A stretch of 64,000 nt of DNA from the NCBI GenBank assembly GCA_041653115.1, contig JBAZGA010000006.1, positions 734-64,733 on the forward strand. Reading direction: 5' to 3'. The notes under the pieces were generated by a model. That model searched no databases. It worked only from the letters and a program-made list of their open reading frames with translations, and was not told the origin of the DNA. This document shows, in pieces, positions 9,471 through 20,278 of this stretch; within the stretch, counting starts at the first letter, position 1; each line of letters begins with the position of its first letter. Made by a program: the position numbers and the translations under genes. The stretch is from Candidatus Omnitrophota bacterium. GTDB lineage: Bacteria > Omnitrophota > Gorgyraeia > Gygaellales > Profunditerraquicolaceae.

Positions 9471-11216
9471 TTAACCTTCCTTCTGCGGCGCGGTTTTCTC
9501 TTTCAAAAGGAGAAATATTTCTTCTTCGGTTTTCTTAAATTCTGCGCTTTGCCAGGGGCAGGAGTTCCAGCCGCGGAAAAGCTGCCTTACTTGCTGGAAG
9601 AAACGCAGCGCTTCTTCTTTGCCCGTAAAAGAAAACTCTCTTTCCAGAATATTATGGATAAAACCAAAAATATAAGTCTGCCTTTCGCGTAAGGTCGCCT
9701 CATCTACCTTATCAAAAGCGTTCTGCTGTAAATAGACAAAATCAAAAAATTCACCCTTGAGGTAATCTATGTAATCGGCAAGCGAGGTGCCTTCTTCACC
9801 GATGACCTTCATCATCTGCCCCACCTCGTGGCTTTTGCGTAAAGCCAGGTGTCCGCGCCCTCCCTGCTTCTCATCGATAAAACTCTGGTATTTGCTCCAG
9901 CTGATTAAAGGATCGATTGCCGGGTAGCGCCTGGCATCTGAACGCTCGCGGGAGAGACCATGGAAAGCTCCCACGACCTTTAAGGTCGCCTGAGTTACCG
10001 GCTCCTCAAAGTTTCCGCCGGCAGGGCTGACTGCTCCGCCGATAGTCACAGAGCCGATACTGCCGTCATAAAGCTTAACCACGCCGGCGCGCTCATAAAA
10101 GGAGGCGATGCGCGACTCTAAATATGCCGGAAAGGCTTCTTCTCCGGGAATCTCTTCCAGTCTGCCGGACATCTCGCGCATTGCCTGCGCCCAGCGGGAC
10201 GTAGAATCGGCCAAAAGCAAAACCTGCAAACCCATCTGCCGGTAATATTCCGCCAGGGTAACCGCGGTGTAAACGCTCGACTCCCTTGCCGCCACAGGCA
10301 TAGAGCTGGTATTACAAATGATGATTGTCCTGTCCATCAGCGGTTTATTGGTGCGCGGGTCGGTTAACTTGGGAAAGGTCCTTAAGGTTTCCACCACTTC
10401 TCCGGCGCGTTCGCCGCAGGCGGCAATAATCACTACATCAACTTCGGCATGCCTGCTGACCAATTGCTGCAAAACTGTTTTCCCGGCGCCAAAGGGGCCG
10501 GGAATACAATAAGTCCCTCCGAGAGCAACGGGGAAAAGAGAATCTATTACCCGCATCTTGGTCACCAAAGGCTCTTCGGGCTTTAGTTTTTCCAGGTACG
10601 CGGAAATAGGGATTTTTACCGGCCAGGTTTGAGCGAGGTACGCCTCGCTGATATTGCCGTCGGAATCCTTGATTTTGGCAATCGGCTCTTTTAAATTGTA
10701 TTTGCCGGGGTTTGCGATAGAGATTATTTCCGCAACTCCCGGCAGAGAAAAGGGCGCCATAATATAATGCTTGAATATTTTTTCCGGAACAAAACCCAGT
10801 CTTTCTCCCGGCCGGACCTTATCGCCTTTTTTTAAGAGGGGCGTGAATTCCCAGGAGCTGTCTTCGGACAGGGCCTTAAGATAAACTCCCCGCTTAAGGA
10901 AAAAACCGTGCTGTTCGGCAAGCAAAGGAAGGGGGTTTTGCAGGCCGTCAAAAATCTGGCCCAATAGCCCCGGGCCTAATTCCACGGAGAGGAGCTCTCC
11001 GCTGAATTCCACCTGCTCTCCCACTTGCAAGCCGGTAGTATTTTCATAAACCTGCAGCTCCGCCGTATTCTGCCGGACGCGGATTACCTCCGACTTCAGG
11101 CGCTCATTACCGTGGATGATGTAAGCGACCTCATTCTGGATGACAAAGTTTTCAAAGCTTACCGCCACCATACTGGCGTTAATTTTACTAACAAGACCGG
11201 TTCTTTTATTAGGCAT
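9471..11216 (-). CDS. atpA: V-type ATPase catalytic subunit A
   Basis: 581 aa with Walker [10 protein letters not shown] and the non-homologous insert region typical of V/A-type A subunits. Confidence 0.9.
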   Translation of the reverse strand: MPNKRTGLVSKINASMVAVSFENFVIQNEVAYIIHGNERLKSEVIRVRQNTAELQVYENTTGLQVGEQVEFSGELLSVELGPGLLGQIFDGLQNPLPLLAEQHGFFLKRGVYLKALSEDSSWEFTPLLKKGDKVRPGERLGFVPEKIFKHYIMAPFSLPGVAEIISIANPGKYNLKEPIAKIKDSDGNISEAYLAQTWPVKIPISAYLEKLKPEEPLVTKMRVIDSLFPVALGGTYCIPGPFGAGKTVLQQLVSRHAEVDVVIIAACGERAGEVVETLRTFPKLTDPRTNKPLMDRTIIICNTSSMPVAARESSVYTAVTLAEYYRQMGLQVLLLADSTSRWAQAMREMSGRLEEIPGEEAFPAYLESRIASFYERAGVVKLYDGSIGSVTIGGAVSPAGGNFEEPVTQATLKVVGAFHGLSRERSDARRYPAIDPLISWSKYQSFIDEKQGGRGHLALRKSHEVGQMMKVIGEEGTSLADYIDYLKGEFFDFVYLQQNAFDKVDEATLRERQTYIFGFIHNILEREFSFTGKEEALRFFQQVRQLFRGWNSCPWQSAEFKKTEEEIFLLLKEKTAPQKEG

Positions 11217-11727
11217 ATTCTCTAATTATGGCGGCCTTATCCGCCTGGTTAATCTTTTCCCAGCGCTCTAAGATCAAGAGTTTCAGGGCATAAATAATCA
11301 GAAAATCCGCATCAAAATAATGCCCCAGAGAGAGCGTATCTAAAAATTCCCATCTTGTCTGATCTAAAATTCTTTCGCCCTCCAAGGGGGAAGGATTTCT
11401 CTGCGCCGCTACCGCGCGATGATAAATCGCTTCTCCCGCATATCCCTGCGCGCTCCTGAGATATTTTTCCGCGGGGACTTTTTTGCGCGCCGCCCTTAAT
11501 TTCACCAGCTCGTTCTTCAGCAATGTTTCAAAGCCGGAAAATCTCTCCAGAACCTCGTTTTTTTGCCGCGAGAAATCTCCTGAAGGCAAACTTTTTAATA
11601 CTTCCCGGTCTTTCTCCGGGATAAGGCCGGCGCATTTGCCCAGAAATACTTCAAAAGAAAAATGCGGCCTTGCCGAGAAATGCAGCATCGGTAAACTGGA
11701 AATTAAATATACGTAAAAGTCAGCCAC
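11209..11727 (-). CDS. Hypothetical protein at the E-A junction of the V-ATPase operon, the position held by the DUF2764 / C-F-surrogate gene in Chlamydia- and Bacteroidetes-type operons
   Basis: The call rests on operon position between subunits E and A. I do not recognise the sequence. At 172 aa it is shorter than the DUF2764 proteins I remember. Confidence 0.35.
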   Translation of the reverse strand: MADFYVYLISSLPMLHFSARPHFSFEVFLGKCAGLIPEKDREVLKSLPSGDFSRQKNEVLERFSGFETLLKNELVKLRAARKKVPAEKYLRSAQGYAGEAIYHRAVAAQRNPSPLEGERILDQTRWEFLDTLSLGHYFDADFLIIYALKLLILERWEKINQADKAAIIREYA

Positions 11728-11730
11728 GGC

Positions 11731-12336
11731 CTAAACTCCCAGGATGTCTTTTAGTTTCGGCTTGAGAAAATTCCCGATATACTCGGCAAGCGCCTTATCG
11801 CTAAAATCAAACTGCGATTTTCCTCCGTCGTAACTAATGACAAAACCGGCGCGGATGGCGTCTTGGGATTTAAGGGTGATTTTTTTCTTTGTCTCTTCTT
11901 TAAGCTTTGCCAAAAAGCCCTTTTCCAGGGTCTCTAAGTCATCTTTATTTAAGGAGACAATGATTTCCTCTTTGGCGGCGCTCGGGGCATTTTTAATCGC
12001 GCTGCTTAAAATCTTAGACAAACTCTCCGGAGTGAGCGCGTCTTGGACTTGCGCATTGATGAGTTTATCAAGCGTGGCATTAATTTCCTGCCGTAAAACC
12101 AGTAAAAGGTCCCTGCCCGCCTGTTGAAGCAGGCTTTTTTCTTTTTCCTGCATCAGGGAGATGTTTTCCTGCGCCTGCTTGAGGATTTTCTCCGCCTGGC
12201 TTTGCGCTTTTTCTAAAATCTCCTTTGCCCCGGCCTTGGCCTGCTCCTCTATTTTACTGGCCTTTTCTTCTGCCGCCAGAACCCCTTCCCGGTTTATTTT
12301 GTCTATTAACGCTTTAATATCTTCTGCCATAACCAA
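11731..12336 (-). CDS. atpE: V-type ATPase subunit E
   Basis: 201-aa Lys/Glu-rich long N-terminal helix plus a C-terminal globular domain. It is the first gene of the operon. Confidence 0.75.
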   Translation of the reverse strand: MVMAEDIKALIDKINREGVLAAEEKASKIEEQAKAGAKEILEKAQSQAEKILKQAQENISLMQEKEKSLLQQAGRDLLLVLRQEINATLDKLINAQVQDALTPESLSKILSSAIKNAPSAAKEEIIVSLNKDDLETLEKGFLAKLKEETKKKITLKSQDAIRAGFVISYDGGKSQFDFSDKALAEYIGNFLKPKLKDILGV

Positions 12337-12340
12337 CTCC

Positions 12341-13021
12341 TTAAATTAATAATCCGTCCAATGCCTTAAGCGGGTCCTCTGCTTTTAGTATCGGCCTGCC
12401 GACAACCAGAAAATCGCTGCCCGCGGCAATTGCCTGCCGAGCAGAAGCAGTTCTCTTCTGATCATCCGCCCCTTTAGAGAGAGGCCGGATACCCGGCGTA
12501 ACAATGATAAAATTCCTACCCAGCTTTCTCCTCAAAAGCCCGGCCTCTTCCACAGAGCAGACCACGCCGTCTAGCCCGGAGCGCTTAGCCATCCTGGCAA
12601 GGTAAAGGACTTCCGCAGGAAGGCTCCTTTGAATACCCAGGTCTTTTAAGAAATGACCGCAGATACTTGTCAATATAGTAACTCCCAATACTTTTGTTTT
12701 GCTGCCCTTGCAGGCGGTGGCTACCTCTTTAAGCGCGGTTGGACCTGCGAGGGTATGCACCGTGAACATCGCTACTTTTTGGCGCAATGCCTCTTTAGCG
12801 GCATTAGCCATGGTATTGGGGATATCGTTGAATTTTAAGTCTAAAAAAACCCGGGCGCCTTTTCCCCGGATAAATTTAATTATTTCCGGACCGCAGGCGG
12901 TAAAAAGCTGCAGGCCGACCTTAAAGATTTTGATTTCGGGATAAAGTTTGTTGACAAAATATTTCGCCTTTGCGAAATTATCTACATCCAAGGCGAGGAT
13001 GATTCTTGGGGCTTGTTTCAT
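12341..13021 (-). CDS. pyrF: Orotidine 5'-phosphate decarboxylase
   Basis: ILALDVD, FKVG and DLKFNDIPNT motifs. 226 aa. Confidence 0.85.
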   Translation of the reverse strand: MKQAPRIILALDVDNFAKAKYFVNKLYPEIKIFKVGLQLFTACGPEIIKFIRGKGARVFLDLKFNDIPNTMANAAKEALRQKVAMFTVHTLAGPTALKEVATACKGSKTKVLGVTILTSICGHFLKDLGIQRSLPAEVLYLARMAKRSGLDGVVCSVEEAGLLRRKLGRNFIIVTPGIRPLSKGADDQKRTASARQAIAAGSDFLVVGRPILKAEDPLKALDGLLI

Positions 13022-13953
13022 GTCTTGAGACCGCCGATAATGTTTTTCAGGTCCTTAATCTTACTTTCTGCCAAATATTCCTTTATGCCCTGGATAATTT
13101 CAACCGCCGCCCGGGGATTAATAAAATTGGCGGTGCCGACGCTGATTGCGCTTGCGCCGGCAAGAAAAAATTCCAGGGCGCTGGAAACATCTATTATACC
13201 ACCCATTCCGATGATCGGAATTTTAATTTTTTGATAAACCTCCCAAATCATTCTTACGGCAATTGGCCTGATTGCCGGGCCGCTTAACCCGCCAACCCCG
13301 CTGGCAATCTTAGGAATTCTTTTATCAACATCAATACTCATCCCGGTAAAGGTGTTAATCAAGCTAATGGCGTCGCTGCCGGCATCTTCCGCTGCCTGGG
13401 CGATTTCAGCGATATCCGTAACATTGGGGGATAACTTAGTAATTAATACCTTATTGGTAATCTTACGCACTGATTTTACTACTTCAAAAGTTACTTTCGG
13501 GTCCTGGGCAATCAATTGCCTGTCGCCTAAATTTTTGTGCGCGTGCCTTAGATTCGGGCAGGAGATATTTAACTCAATTGCCGAAACCGCGCTTACCTTA
13601 TTCAGCTTTCCGGCCAGGGTAATGAATTCCTGCGCATCCTCATCCGAGGCAATGCTGACAATGACCGGTATGCCGAGCTTTGTTAGGACGGGCATTTTCC
13701 CCTCTATAAATTTATCGATGCCGGGATTCTCCAGGCCGATAGAATTCAGCATCCCTGCCGGCGTCTCGCAGGTGCGCGGCGCGGGATTGCCTTGACGCGC
13801 TTTCAAGGTAATCGTCTTGGTCACGATGGCGCCGAGCTTCTTTAAATCAACCAGGCCACGGAACTCTTCGGCATATCCGAAAGTACCTGAAGCCACCATT
13901 ACCGGATTTTTTAATCTCAGGTTGCCGATATTAAGAGAAATATTTTTCTGCAT
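13018..13953 (-). CDS. pyrD: Dihydroorotate dehydrogenase catalytic subunit (class 1B)
   Basis: N-terminus LKNPVMVASGTFGYAEEF, a TIM-barrel DHOD. It is paired with a PyrK electron-transfer subunit. Confidence 0.85.
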   Translation of the reverse strand: MQKNISLNIGNLRLKNPVMVASGTFGYAEEFRGLVDLKKLGAIVTKTITLKARQGNPAPRTCETPAGMLNSIGLENPGIDKFIEGKMPVLTKLGIPVIVSIASDEDAQEFITLAGKLNKVSAVSAIELNISCPNLRHAHKNLGDRQLIAQDPKVTFEVVKSVRKITNKVLITKLSPNVTDIAEIAQAAEDAGSDAISLINTFTGMSIDVDKRIPKIASGVGGLSGPAIRPIAVRMIWEVYQKIKIPIIGMGGIIDVSSALEFFLAGASAISVGTANFINPRAAVEIIQGIKEYLAESKIKDLKNIIGGLKT

Positions 13954-13954
13954 T

Positions 13955-14314
13955 TTATTTTCCCAAAATCATATTCAAGGAAACAATTAACAAAAATATA
14001 CCGAACGCCTTTTTTAAGGCCTGGTCGGGAACATTCTGTATGAAATGCGCTCCGATAAACCCGCCCACAAAAAAACCGGCGCAGATTAATGCGGCTACGG
14101 ACAACTTCACGTTGCCTGACTGCCAATAACGTAACGCCGCCAATAACCCAATCGGCGGCACCATTGCCGCTAAAGTCGTCCCTTGTGCCTGATGCTGCGT
14201 AAAACCGGCTAAATATACCAAGGCGGGAATCATGATTGAGCCGCCGCCAATACCAAAAATTCCGGCAAATATTCCGGCAACAAGACCCAAGATCACATAT
14301 AATGTCTGGTTCAT
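13955..14314 (-). CDS. Half-size TSUP (TauE/SafE, DUF81) membrane protein
   Basis: 119 aa with three or four TM segments and the GIGGG motif. This is a single repeat unit of the 4-TM-anion-exporter family. Confidence 0.55.
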   Translation of the reverse strand: MNQTLYVILGLVAGIFAGIFGIGGGSIMIPALVYLAGFTQHQAQGTTLAAMVPPIGLLAALRYWQSGNVKLSVAALICAGFFVGGFIGAHFIQNVPDQALKKAFGIFLLIVSLNMILGK

Positions 14315-14330
14315 TTACCCCTCCTCTTTA

Positions 14331-15152
14331 TTACCAGATAATTTCTTCGCTATCAAACACCGGGCCTTCTTTGCAGACCCGCAGAAAACCTTTTTTTGTT
14401 TTGACAACGCAACCTAAACACGCGCCGATACCGCAGGCCATATGCTCTTCCAGGGAAATCTGCGCCGTAATTTTATATTTTTTCGCAATATTGCTTATTT
14501 CTTTTAACATCGGCCGCGGGCCGCAGGCGTAAATTGCCGTCCGTCCCCGAAGGAGAGGCTTTGCTACGCTTCGCACTCGTCCGTCTTCCGCCGCCCCTAA
14601 AAAACCTTTTAATAAATCTGTAACTTTGCCGCTAAGCCCTTCGGAGCCGTCATCAGTGGCTATTTTAACACCGCAGCCGATTTTTTTAAATTCTTTTTCA
14701 CAGAGAACCTGTTTCTTCGTCTTCGCCCCCAACAGAATAATCGGCTTGCCATGAACTAATTTTTCCGCCAGAAAAACTAAGGGGGCCACTCCCATGCCGC
14801 CTGCCACAATAACCGGCTGACGGCTGACGGCTGACGGCTGATAACTGAATCCGTTTCCCAAAGGCCCGATCACGTCCAGGTATTCCCCTCTTTTCTTTTC
14901 TGATAAAATTTCCGTAGCTTTACCTACTACCTCATACATAATTTCTACGCTTGCGCCGTTTATTCGATAAATGCTAAACGGCCGGCGCAAGAGCGGCTCG
15001 CAACTATCGCTTACCCGGATATTCACAAACTGGCCAGGCAGGGCAAGTTTGGCTATCCGCGCTGCTGAAAACGCTAAATAGAAATAATTCCCTTGAATCC
15101 TTTTGTTAAACTTGATTTTTGCTTTTATCTGGAACATCTTTTTTAAGGCCAT
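14331..15152 (-). CDS. pyrK: Dihydroorotate dehydrogenase electron-transfer subunit
   Basis: FAD/NAD-binding motifs RRPFSI, GPLGNGF and VAGGMGVAP, with a C-terminal 2Fe-2S Cys cluster CGIGACLGC. Confidence 0.8.
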   Translation of the reverse strand: MALKKMFQIKAKIKFNKRIQGNYFYLAFSAARIAKLALPGQFVNIRVSDSCEPLLRRPFSIYRINGASVEIMYEVVGKATEILSEKKRGEYLDVIGPLGNGFSYQPSAVSRQPVIVAGGMGVAPLVFLAEKLVHGKPIILLGAKTKKQVLCEKEFKKIGCGVKIATDDGSEGLSGKVTDLLKGFLGAAEDGRVRSVAKPLLRGRTAIYACGPRPMLKEISNIAKKYKITAQISLEEHMACGIGACLGCVVKTKKGFLRVCKEGPVFDSEEIIW

Positions 15153-15825
15153 TTGTTTTTTTGCTTAAATAAACAATTAGGCAGATGAATAATATGATCG
15201 TAATGGTTATTGCGGCCGCTTCCTTAAGATACCCTGTTAATCCTCTGTTTTTAATCTCTTCCCAAGACTCAAGCAAGATCGTAATCAATAAGACCGCTAA
15301 GATTGGGCCGATTTCTTTCCTGAGCCAGATTAATTTTAACGGCAAGTATTCGGTGATATCCTTTCGTAACAACATCGTTATTGAAGGAAAAACGCGGGGG
15401 ACCCGTTGCCGATAAGCCGGGTAATCCTTGGGGAACACTGCCTCTAATTTTTTCTCTTCTTTAAATATAAGCAGCAGGTAACGGATGATAAAGATTATTA
15501 GGAAGGCAGATAATGCCCACCATTTAAACAGCATCGCCACAATACCCACCCCGATTAAAAATATGCCCAAATACATCGGGTTGCGCACCAAGGCATAAGG
15601 CCCGCCCTGAATCAAAACATTGCCCCCTGCAGAATATTCTGCTTTATAGCCGCGCGCAGAAACCCTGAGGATTTGCCCCAAAAGAATAAAAGCGATACCG
15701 GATATCTCGGCAATTGTATCCAGAGAAAAAGGGGGCTCATTTCGTAAAAAAATTTTTGGAAAAAATGCGATTAATAAAAAGGAGCAAAAGATAATAACCC
15801 CGTTAATTTTCAGGCGCCTTTTCAT
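15106..15825 (-). CDS. ICMT/PEMT-family membrane methyltransferase
   Basis: Multi-TM protein with the GPYALVRNPMYLG motif of the isoprenylcysteine carboxyl methyltransferase / phospholipid methyltransferase family. Its 3' end overlaps the pyrK start by 47 nt. Confidence 0.6.
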   Translation of the reverse strand: MKRRLKINGVIIFCSFLLIAFFPKIFLRNEPPFSLDTIAEISGIAFILLGQILRVSARGYKAEYSAGGNVLIQGGPYALVRNPMYLGIFLIGVGIVAMLFKWWALSAFLIIFIIRYLLLIFKEEKKLEAVFPKDYPAYRQRVPRVFPSITMLLRKDITEYLPLKLIWLRKEIGPILAVLLITILLESWEEIKNRGLTGYLKEAAAITITIILFICLIVYLSKKTNGLKKDVPDKSKNQV

Positions 15826-15829
15826 GATT

Positions 15830-16648
15830 TCAATATTCCCGCTGGCACTTGGGGCAAAAATAAGTGCCCCGGCCGCCCAGTGAAATTCTCTTGATCAGAG
15901 TTTTACAGACCCGACACGGCTCTCCCTGCCGGTCGTAAACTTTGTGGTACTTGACATAGCTGCCGGCTGAACCGTTTAGCTGCACGTACTGGTCAACAGA
16001 AGACCCCCGGTGCTTAATCGCCTCGGTCAGCGTGTCTTTAATTTCCTGGAACAGGAGTCCTTTTTCTTTTTCAGAGAGAGACTCCGCCCTGCGCGCCGGA
16101 TGAATTTTGGCGCGAAAAAGCGCTTCTGCGGCATAAAGATTACCCACTCCGGAGATAAAAGTCTGGTCCATTAAAAGCGGCTTGATTTTAGCTTTTTTCT
16201 TGCTGAGCATGCGCTTGAACTCATCTAGGCTCAAGGCAAACGGCTCCGGGCCTAAGCCCCGGACAAATTTTAAAGAACGCCAATCATCGACCAGGCGCAA
16301 CTCCGCGAATAAGCGCTGGTCATTAAAATCAAGGAGCTTGCCGTCAGAGAACTGAAAGCTCACGCGGCTGACCCTGGCATTACCGGGATAGACAAGCTGG
16401 CCGGTCATCTTCAGATGAATGGCCAGGGATTTCCCCGATGATAACTCCAGAATTAATAGCTTCCCTTTTCGCAAAATATTTTTTATGGTGACGCCCTTCA
16501 GCCCTTTTAGAAAATCTTCTTTTTTCGGCTGGCGGATAACTTTGGGGTTATTTACGATTACGCCGGTAATCTTCTTGCCTAAAACCGCTTTTTCCAATTC
16601 TTTTTTGATAGTTTCTACTTCCGGTAATTCCGGCACCTTTGCCTCCAA
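15830..16648 (-). CDS. mutM: Formamidopyrimidine-DNA glycosylase
   Basis: N-terminal PELPEVET and a C-terminal zinc finger C..C...CPKCQ. Confidence 0.85.
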   Translation of the reverse strand: MEAKVPELPEVETIKKELEKAVLGKKITGVIVNNPKVIRQPKKEDFLKGLKGVTIKNILRKGKLLILELSSGKSLAIHLKMTGQLVYPGNARVSRVSFQFSDGKLLDFNDQRLFAELRLVDDWRSLKFVRGLGPEPFALSLDEFKRMLSKKKAKIKPLLMDQTFISGVGNLYAAEALFRAKIHPARRAESLSEKEKGLLFQEIKDTLTEAIKHRGSSVDQYVQLNGSAGSYVKYHKVYDRQGEPCRVCKTLIKRISLGGRGTYFCPKCQREY

Positions 16649-17050
16649 TTATAAGTCGCTAGTTACTATTTTTACCCACACCTCCCTGGAGCGCGGGCCG
16701 TCGCTTTCGCAAAAATAGATTCCCTGCCAGGTGCCAAAAGCTAATTGCCCGCCTTCAATAAAAACCGTCAACGATGAGCCGAAAAGCGAAGACTTGATAT
16801 GACTGTCGGCATTGCCTTCGCTGTGCGCGTAACCGGCATTTGCCGGCACCAGCTTATTTAAAGCGCTGACGATATCCCGTCTTACCGAGGGATCGGCATT
16901 TTCGTTGATAGTCAGACCAGCGGTAGTGTGCGGACAGAAGATAAAACAGACTCCCTGCGTAATTCTGCTTTTTGATATTATCGCCTGTACCTTATCCGTG
17001 ATATCAATTAACTCTATCCGGCTGCTGGTTTTTACGCTTATTCTTTCCAT
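16649..17050 (-). CDS. YjbQ/UPF0047 family protein (secondary thiamine-phosphate synthase-like)
   Basis: 133 aa with CPHTTAGLTINENADPSV and other motifs characteristic of the YjbQ family. Confidence 0.7.
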   Translation of the reverse strand: MERISVKTSSRIELIDITDKVQAIISKSRITQGVCFIFCPHTTAGLTINENADPSVRRDIVSALNKLVPANAGYAHSEGNADSHIKSSLFGSSLTVFIEGGQLAFGTWQGIYFCESDGPRSREVWVKIVTSDL

Positions 17051-17052
17051 GT

Positions 17053-20000
17053 TTATTGGTAAATTTTTTTACGGTGATAAAATTGTATAGGCCTAACGCC
17101 TAAAGTATGTTTTATCAGCGCCTCGATTCCCTTTACGCAGGCTTGGGCTCCGGGCAGAGTGGTTACTACCGGCACGCCAAAAGCCACGCTGGAAGAACGG
17201 ATCCTTACTTCATCTTGCCGGGGAATTTTTCCGGAAACCGTATTAATAATTAAATTAACCTGCCTTTCCCTGATTAAATCCAACAGATTCGGCCGGCCCT
17301 GGCTGACACGCTGGATAGTCCGCACAAAGACCTTATTTTCCTCTAAAAACTTCGCCGTCCCCACGGTTGAGACGATTTTAAAGCCCAGTTCTGTCAGGCG
17401 GCGGGCAGCCTTGACAATTAGCGGCTTCTTGTCTTTATCTTTTACGCTGATAAAAACCATCCCCTTGGTGGGCAGATTCTGATAAGCGGCCAGCTGGCTC
17501 TTCGCGTACGCCTTGCTATAGTCGGCATCAATACCCATGACTTCGCCGGTAGATTTCATTTCCGGACCCAGGCTGATATCTACCCCGGAAAATTTGACAA
17601 AAGGGAGGACCGACTCTTTGACGCAGATATACCGGGGATTGATCTCTCTGGTAAACCCCAGGTCCTTTAATTTTTCTCCGGCCATGACTTTTGCCGCGAG
17701 TTTAGCCAGGGGGATTCCGATCGCCTTGGAAACAAAGGGCACGGTGCGGCTTGCCCGGGGGTTAACTTCTAAAATATACACCGTGCCGTTCTTCACCGCA
17801 TACTGCACGTTCATCAGACCCGCGATCTTTAATTCCCGCGCCAGGTCATAGGTGATCTTACGGATTTTCTCCAGCGTCTCGCAGGAAAGCGTATGCGCCG
17901 GAAGCACCATCGCCGCATCCCCGGAATGTACGCCGGCTTCTTCAATATGCTCCAGTATCCCGCCGATGACAAAGGTCTCTCCGTCGCCGATCATATCCAC
18001 GTCCACTTCAATCGCATCCTCGATAAATTTATCTACCAGTACCGGATGCTCGGGCGAGGCCCAAACAGCGTGGCGCATATAATATTCCAGGGATTTGTCA
18101 TCGTAAACAATCTCCATTGCCCTCCCGCCTAAAACATAGGAGGGCCTGACTAATACCGGGTAGCCAATGGTCCGCGCTACCTTCTTTGCTTCCTCCGGAG
18201 TGATTGCGCTCCCGTTTGGCGGCTGGGTGAGACCCAACTTATCCACTAATTCAGCAAAGCGTTTCCTGTCTTCGGCGCGGTCAATCGCATCCGAAGAAGT
18301 GCCGAGGATATTCACCCCGGCTTTCTGAAGCGGCACTGCCAGGTTAAGAGGAGTCTGGCCTCCCAGCTGCACGATTACTCCCAGAGGATTCTCTTTATCA
18401 ATGATATTTAAAATATCCTCCTTGGTCAACGGCTCAAAATATAATTTATCCGACGTATCGTAATCGGTGGACACGGTTTCCGGGTTAGAATTGACCATGA
18501 TCGTCTCAAACCCGAGCTCTTTGAGGGCAAAGGCGGCGTGAACGCAGCAGTAATCAAACTCAATCCCCTGGCCAATACGGTTGGGACCGCCGCCTAAGAT
18601 GACAATTTTCTTTCTGGTATTTTTTCTCGTTTCATCTTCGGTAGCTGCTTTTCCGCGGATAGCGTAAGGCGTCTCGTATGTGGAATAGTAATAAGGAGTA
18701 AAAGCTTCGAATTCCGCAGCGCAGGTATCAACTAACTTATAAACCGGCTCAATGCCGCTTTTTTTGCGCAAAGCCCTGATTGCATCTTCGTTGGTTTTGG
18801 CAGCCCTGGAAATTTGCGCATCGCTAAAACCCAACTGCTTTGCCTCAAGTAAATTCTTCAGGTCAAGCTTGCTTTCAAATTCAACTATTTCTTTGAGGTT
18901 CTCTAAAAACCAGCGGTCGATCTTAGTTAATCCGTATAATTTATCCACGGAGTATTTTTCTTTAAATGCCTCGTAAAGATAAAAGAGCCGCTCGGCATTG
19001 GGGGTGCGCAGTTTCTCCTCCAGCTCCTCTTTATCCTTATACTTTATCCCCTCCAGCCCCGTTCTTTTCATCTCTAAGCCGCGGATGCCTTTTTGCAGCG
19101 CATCCTTAAAGGTGCGGCCGATCGCCATCACCTCGCCGACGGACTTCATCTGAATCGTCAGTGTCGGGTCGGCAGCGGGAAATTTTTCAAAAGCAAAACG
19201 CGGAATTTTAACTACGCAGTAGTCAATTGTCGGCTCAAACGAGGCAGGAGTTTCCTTGGTAATATCGTTAGGGATTTCATCCAGCGTATAGCCGACAGCC
19301 AGTTTGGCGGCGATTTTAGCGATAGGAAAACCGGTGGCATTGGAAGCCAGGGCAGAGGAGCGCGAAACCCGCGGGTTCATCTCAATAATCACCATCCTGC
19401 CGTCATCGGGATTAATCGCGAACTGGATATTGGAGCCGCCTGTTTCAACGCCGATTTCGCGGATACAGGCGATTGCCGCGTCGCGCATCCGCTGATACTC
19501 GACATCGCTCAGCGTCTGGGCCGGGGCTACCGTAATGGAATCGCCGGTATGCACTCCCATCGGGTCGAAATTTTCAATCGAGCAGATGATTACTACGTTA
19601 TCTTTCTTGTCGCGCATCACTTCCAGCTCAAATTCCTTCCACCCGATAACTGATTCTTCAATCAGGATTTCGGAAATCATGCTTGATTCCAGGCCGCGCA
19701 AGGCCAGTGTTTCAAACTCTTCGGCATTATAGGCCGTGCCTCCGCCGGTGCCGCCCAGAGTAAAGGAGGGGCGGATAATCGCCGGAAAACCGATGCGGCG
19801 GATTATTTTTCTTGCTTCTTGCATATTGTAAGCCAGGCCGCTTTTCGGCAAATCCAGGCCGATCTTCTGCATCGCCGCCTTAAAAAGCTTGCGGTCCTCG
19901 GCCTTTTTAATTGCCTTACGGTCAGCACCGATCATCCGGACTTTATATTTATTCAAAATGCCCTTATCCGCAAGCTGGATACTGACATTTAAGCCGGTTT

Positions 20001-20277
20001 GCCCGCCTAAGGTAGGAAGCAAAGCATCCGGCCGCTCTTTGGCAATAATTTTCTCTAAAATCTCCGGTATAATCGGCTCAATATAAGTCCGGTCAGCCAT
20101 CTGCGGGTCGGTCATAATCGTTGCCGGATTAGAATTGACCAGGATAACCTTGAAACCTTCCTCTTTCAGCGCCTTACAGGCCTGGGTGCCGGAGTAATCA
20201 AACTCGCAGGCCTGGCCGATGATAATCGGGCCGGAGCCGATAATCAGGATTTTTTTAATATCCTTCCGTCTGGGCAT
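17053..20277 (-). CDS. carB: Carbamoyl-phosphate synthase large subunit
   Basis: 1074 aa with duplicated ATP-grasp halves and an MGS-like C-terminal domain. Confidence 0.95.
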   Translation of the reverse strand: MPRRKDIKKILIIGSGPIIIGQACEFDYSGTQACKALKEEGFKVILVNSNPATIMTDPQMADRTYIEPIIPEILEKIIAKERPDALLPTLGGQTGLNVSIQLADKGILNKYKVRMIGADRKAIKKAEDRKLFKAAMQKIGLDLPKSGLAYNMQEARKIIRRIGFPAIIRPSFTLGGTGGGTAYNAEEFETLALRGLESSMISEILIEESVIGWKEFELEVMRDKKDNVVIICSIENFDPMGVHTGDSITVAPAQTLSDVEYQRMRDAAIACIREIGVETGGSNIQFAINPDDGRMVIIEMNPRVSRSSALASNATGFPIAKIAAKLAVGYTLDEIPNDITKETPASFEPTIDYCVVKIPRFAFEKFPAADPTLTIQMKSVGEVMAIGRTFKDALQKGIRGLEMKRTGLEGIKYKDKEELEEKLRTPNAERLFYLYEAFKEKYSVDKLYGLTKIDRWFLENLKEIVEFESKLDLKNLLEAKQLGFSDAQISRAAKTNEDAIRALRKKSGIEPVYKLVDTCAAEFEAFTPYYYSTYETPYAIRGKAATEDETRKNTRKKIVILGGGPNRIGQGIEFDYCCVHAAFALKELGFETIMVNSNPETVSTDYDTSDKLYFEPLTKEDILNIIDKENPLGVIVQLGGQTPLNLAVPLQKAGVNILGTSSDAIDRAEDRKRFAELVDKLGLTQPPNGSAITPEEAKKVARTIGYPVLVRPSYVLGGRAMEIVYDDKSLEYYMRHAVWASPEHPVLVDKFIEDAIEVDVDMIGDGETFVIGGILEHIEEAGVHSGDAAMVLPAHTLSCETLEKIRKITYDLARELKIAGLMNVQYAVKNGTVYILEVNPRASRTVPFVSKAIGIPLAKLAAKVMAGEKLKDLGFTREINPRYICVKESVLPFVKFSGVDISLGPEMKSTGEVMGIDADYSKAYAKSQLAAYQNLPTKGMVFISVKDKDKKPLIVKAARRLTELGFKIVSTVGTAKFLEENKVFVRTIQRVSQGRPNLLDLIRERQVNLIINTVSGKIPRQDEVRIRSSSVAFGVPVVTTLPGAQACVKGIEALIKHTLGVRPIQFYHRKKIYQ

Positions 20278-20278
20278 C

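Noticed and set aside
14815-14842. Considered whether the GGCTGAC tandem repeat could be a CRISPR or other array.
   Set aside because: It has only four 7-nt units and no spacers, and it lies in-frame inside the conserved pyrK coding sequence.
17159-20086. Numerous plus-strand ORFs of 60-190 aa inside carB. Similar antisense ORFs sit inside gyrA, gyrB, dnaA, glmS, pyrB and the V-ATPase genes.
   Set aside because: These are shadow ORFs on the strand opposite long, confidently identified genes. They are low-complexity Ser/Arg/Ala-rich translations with no recognisable family.
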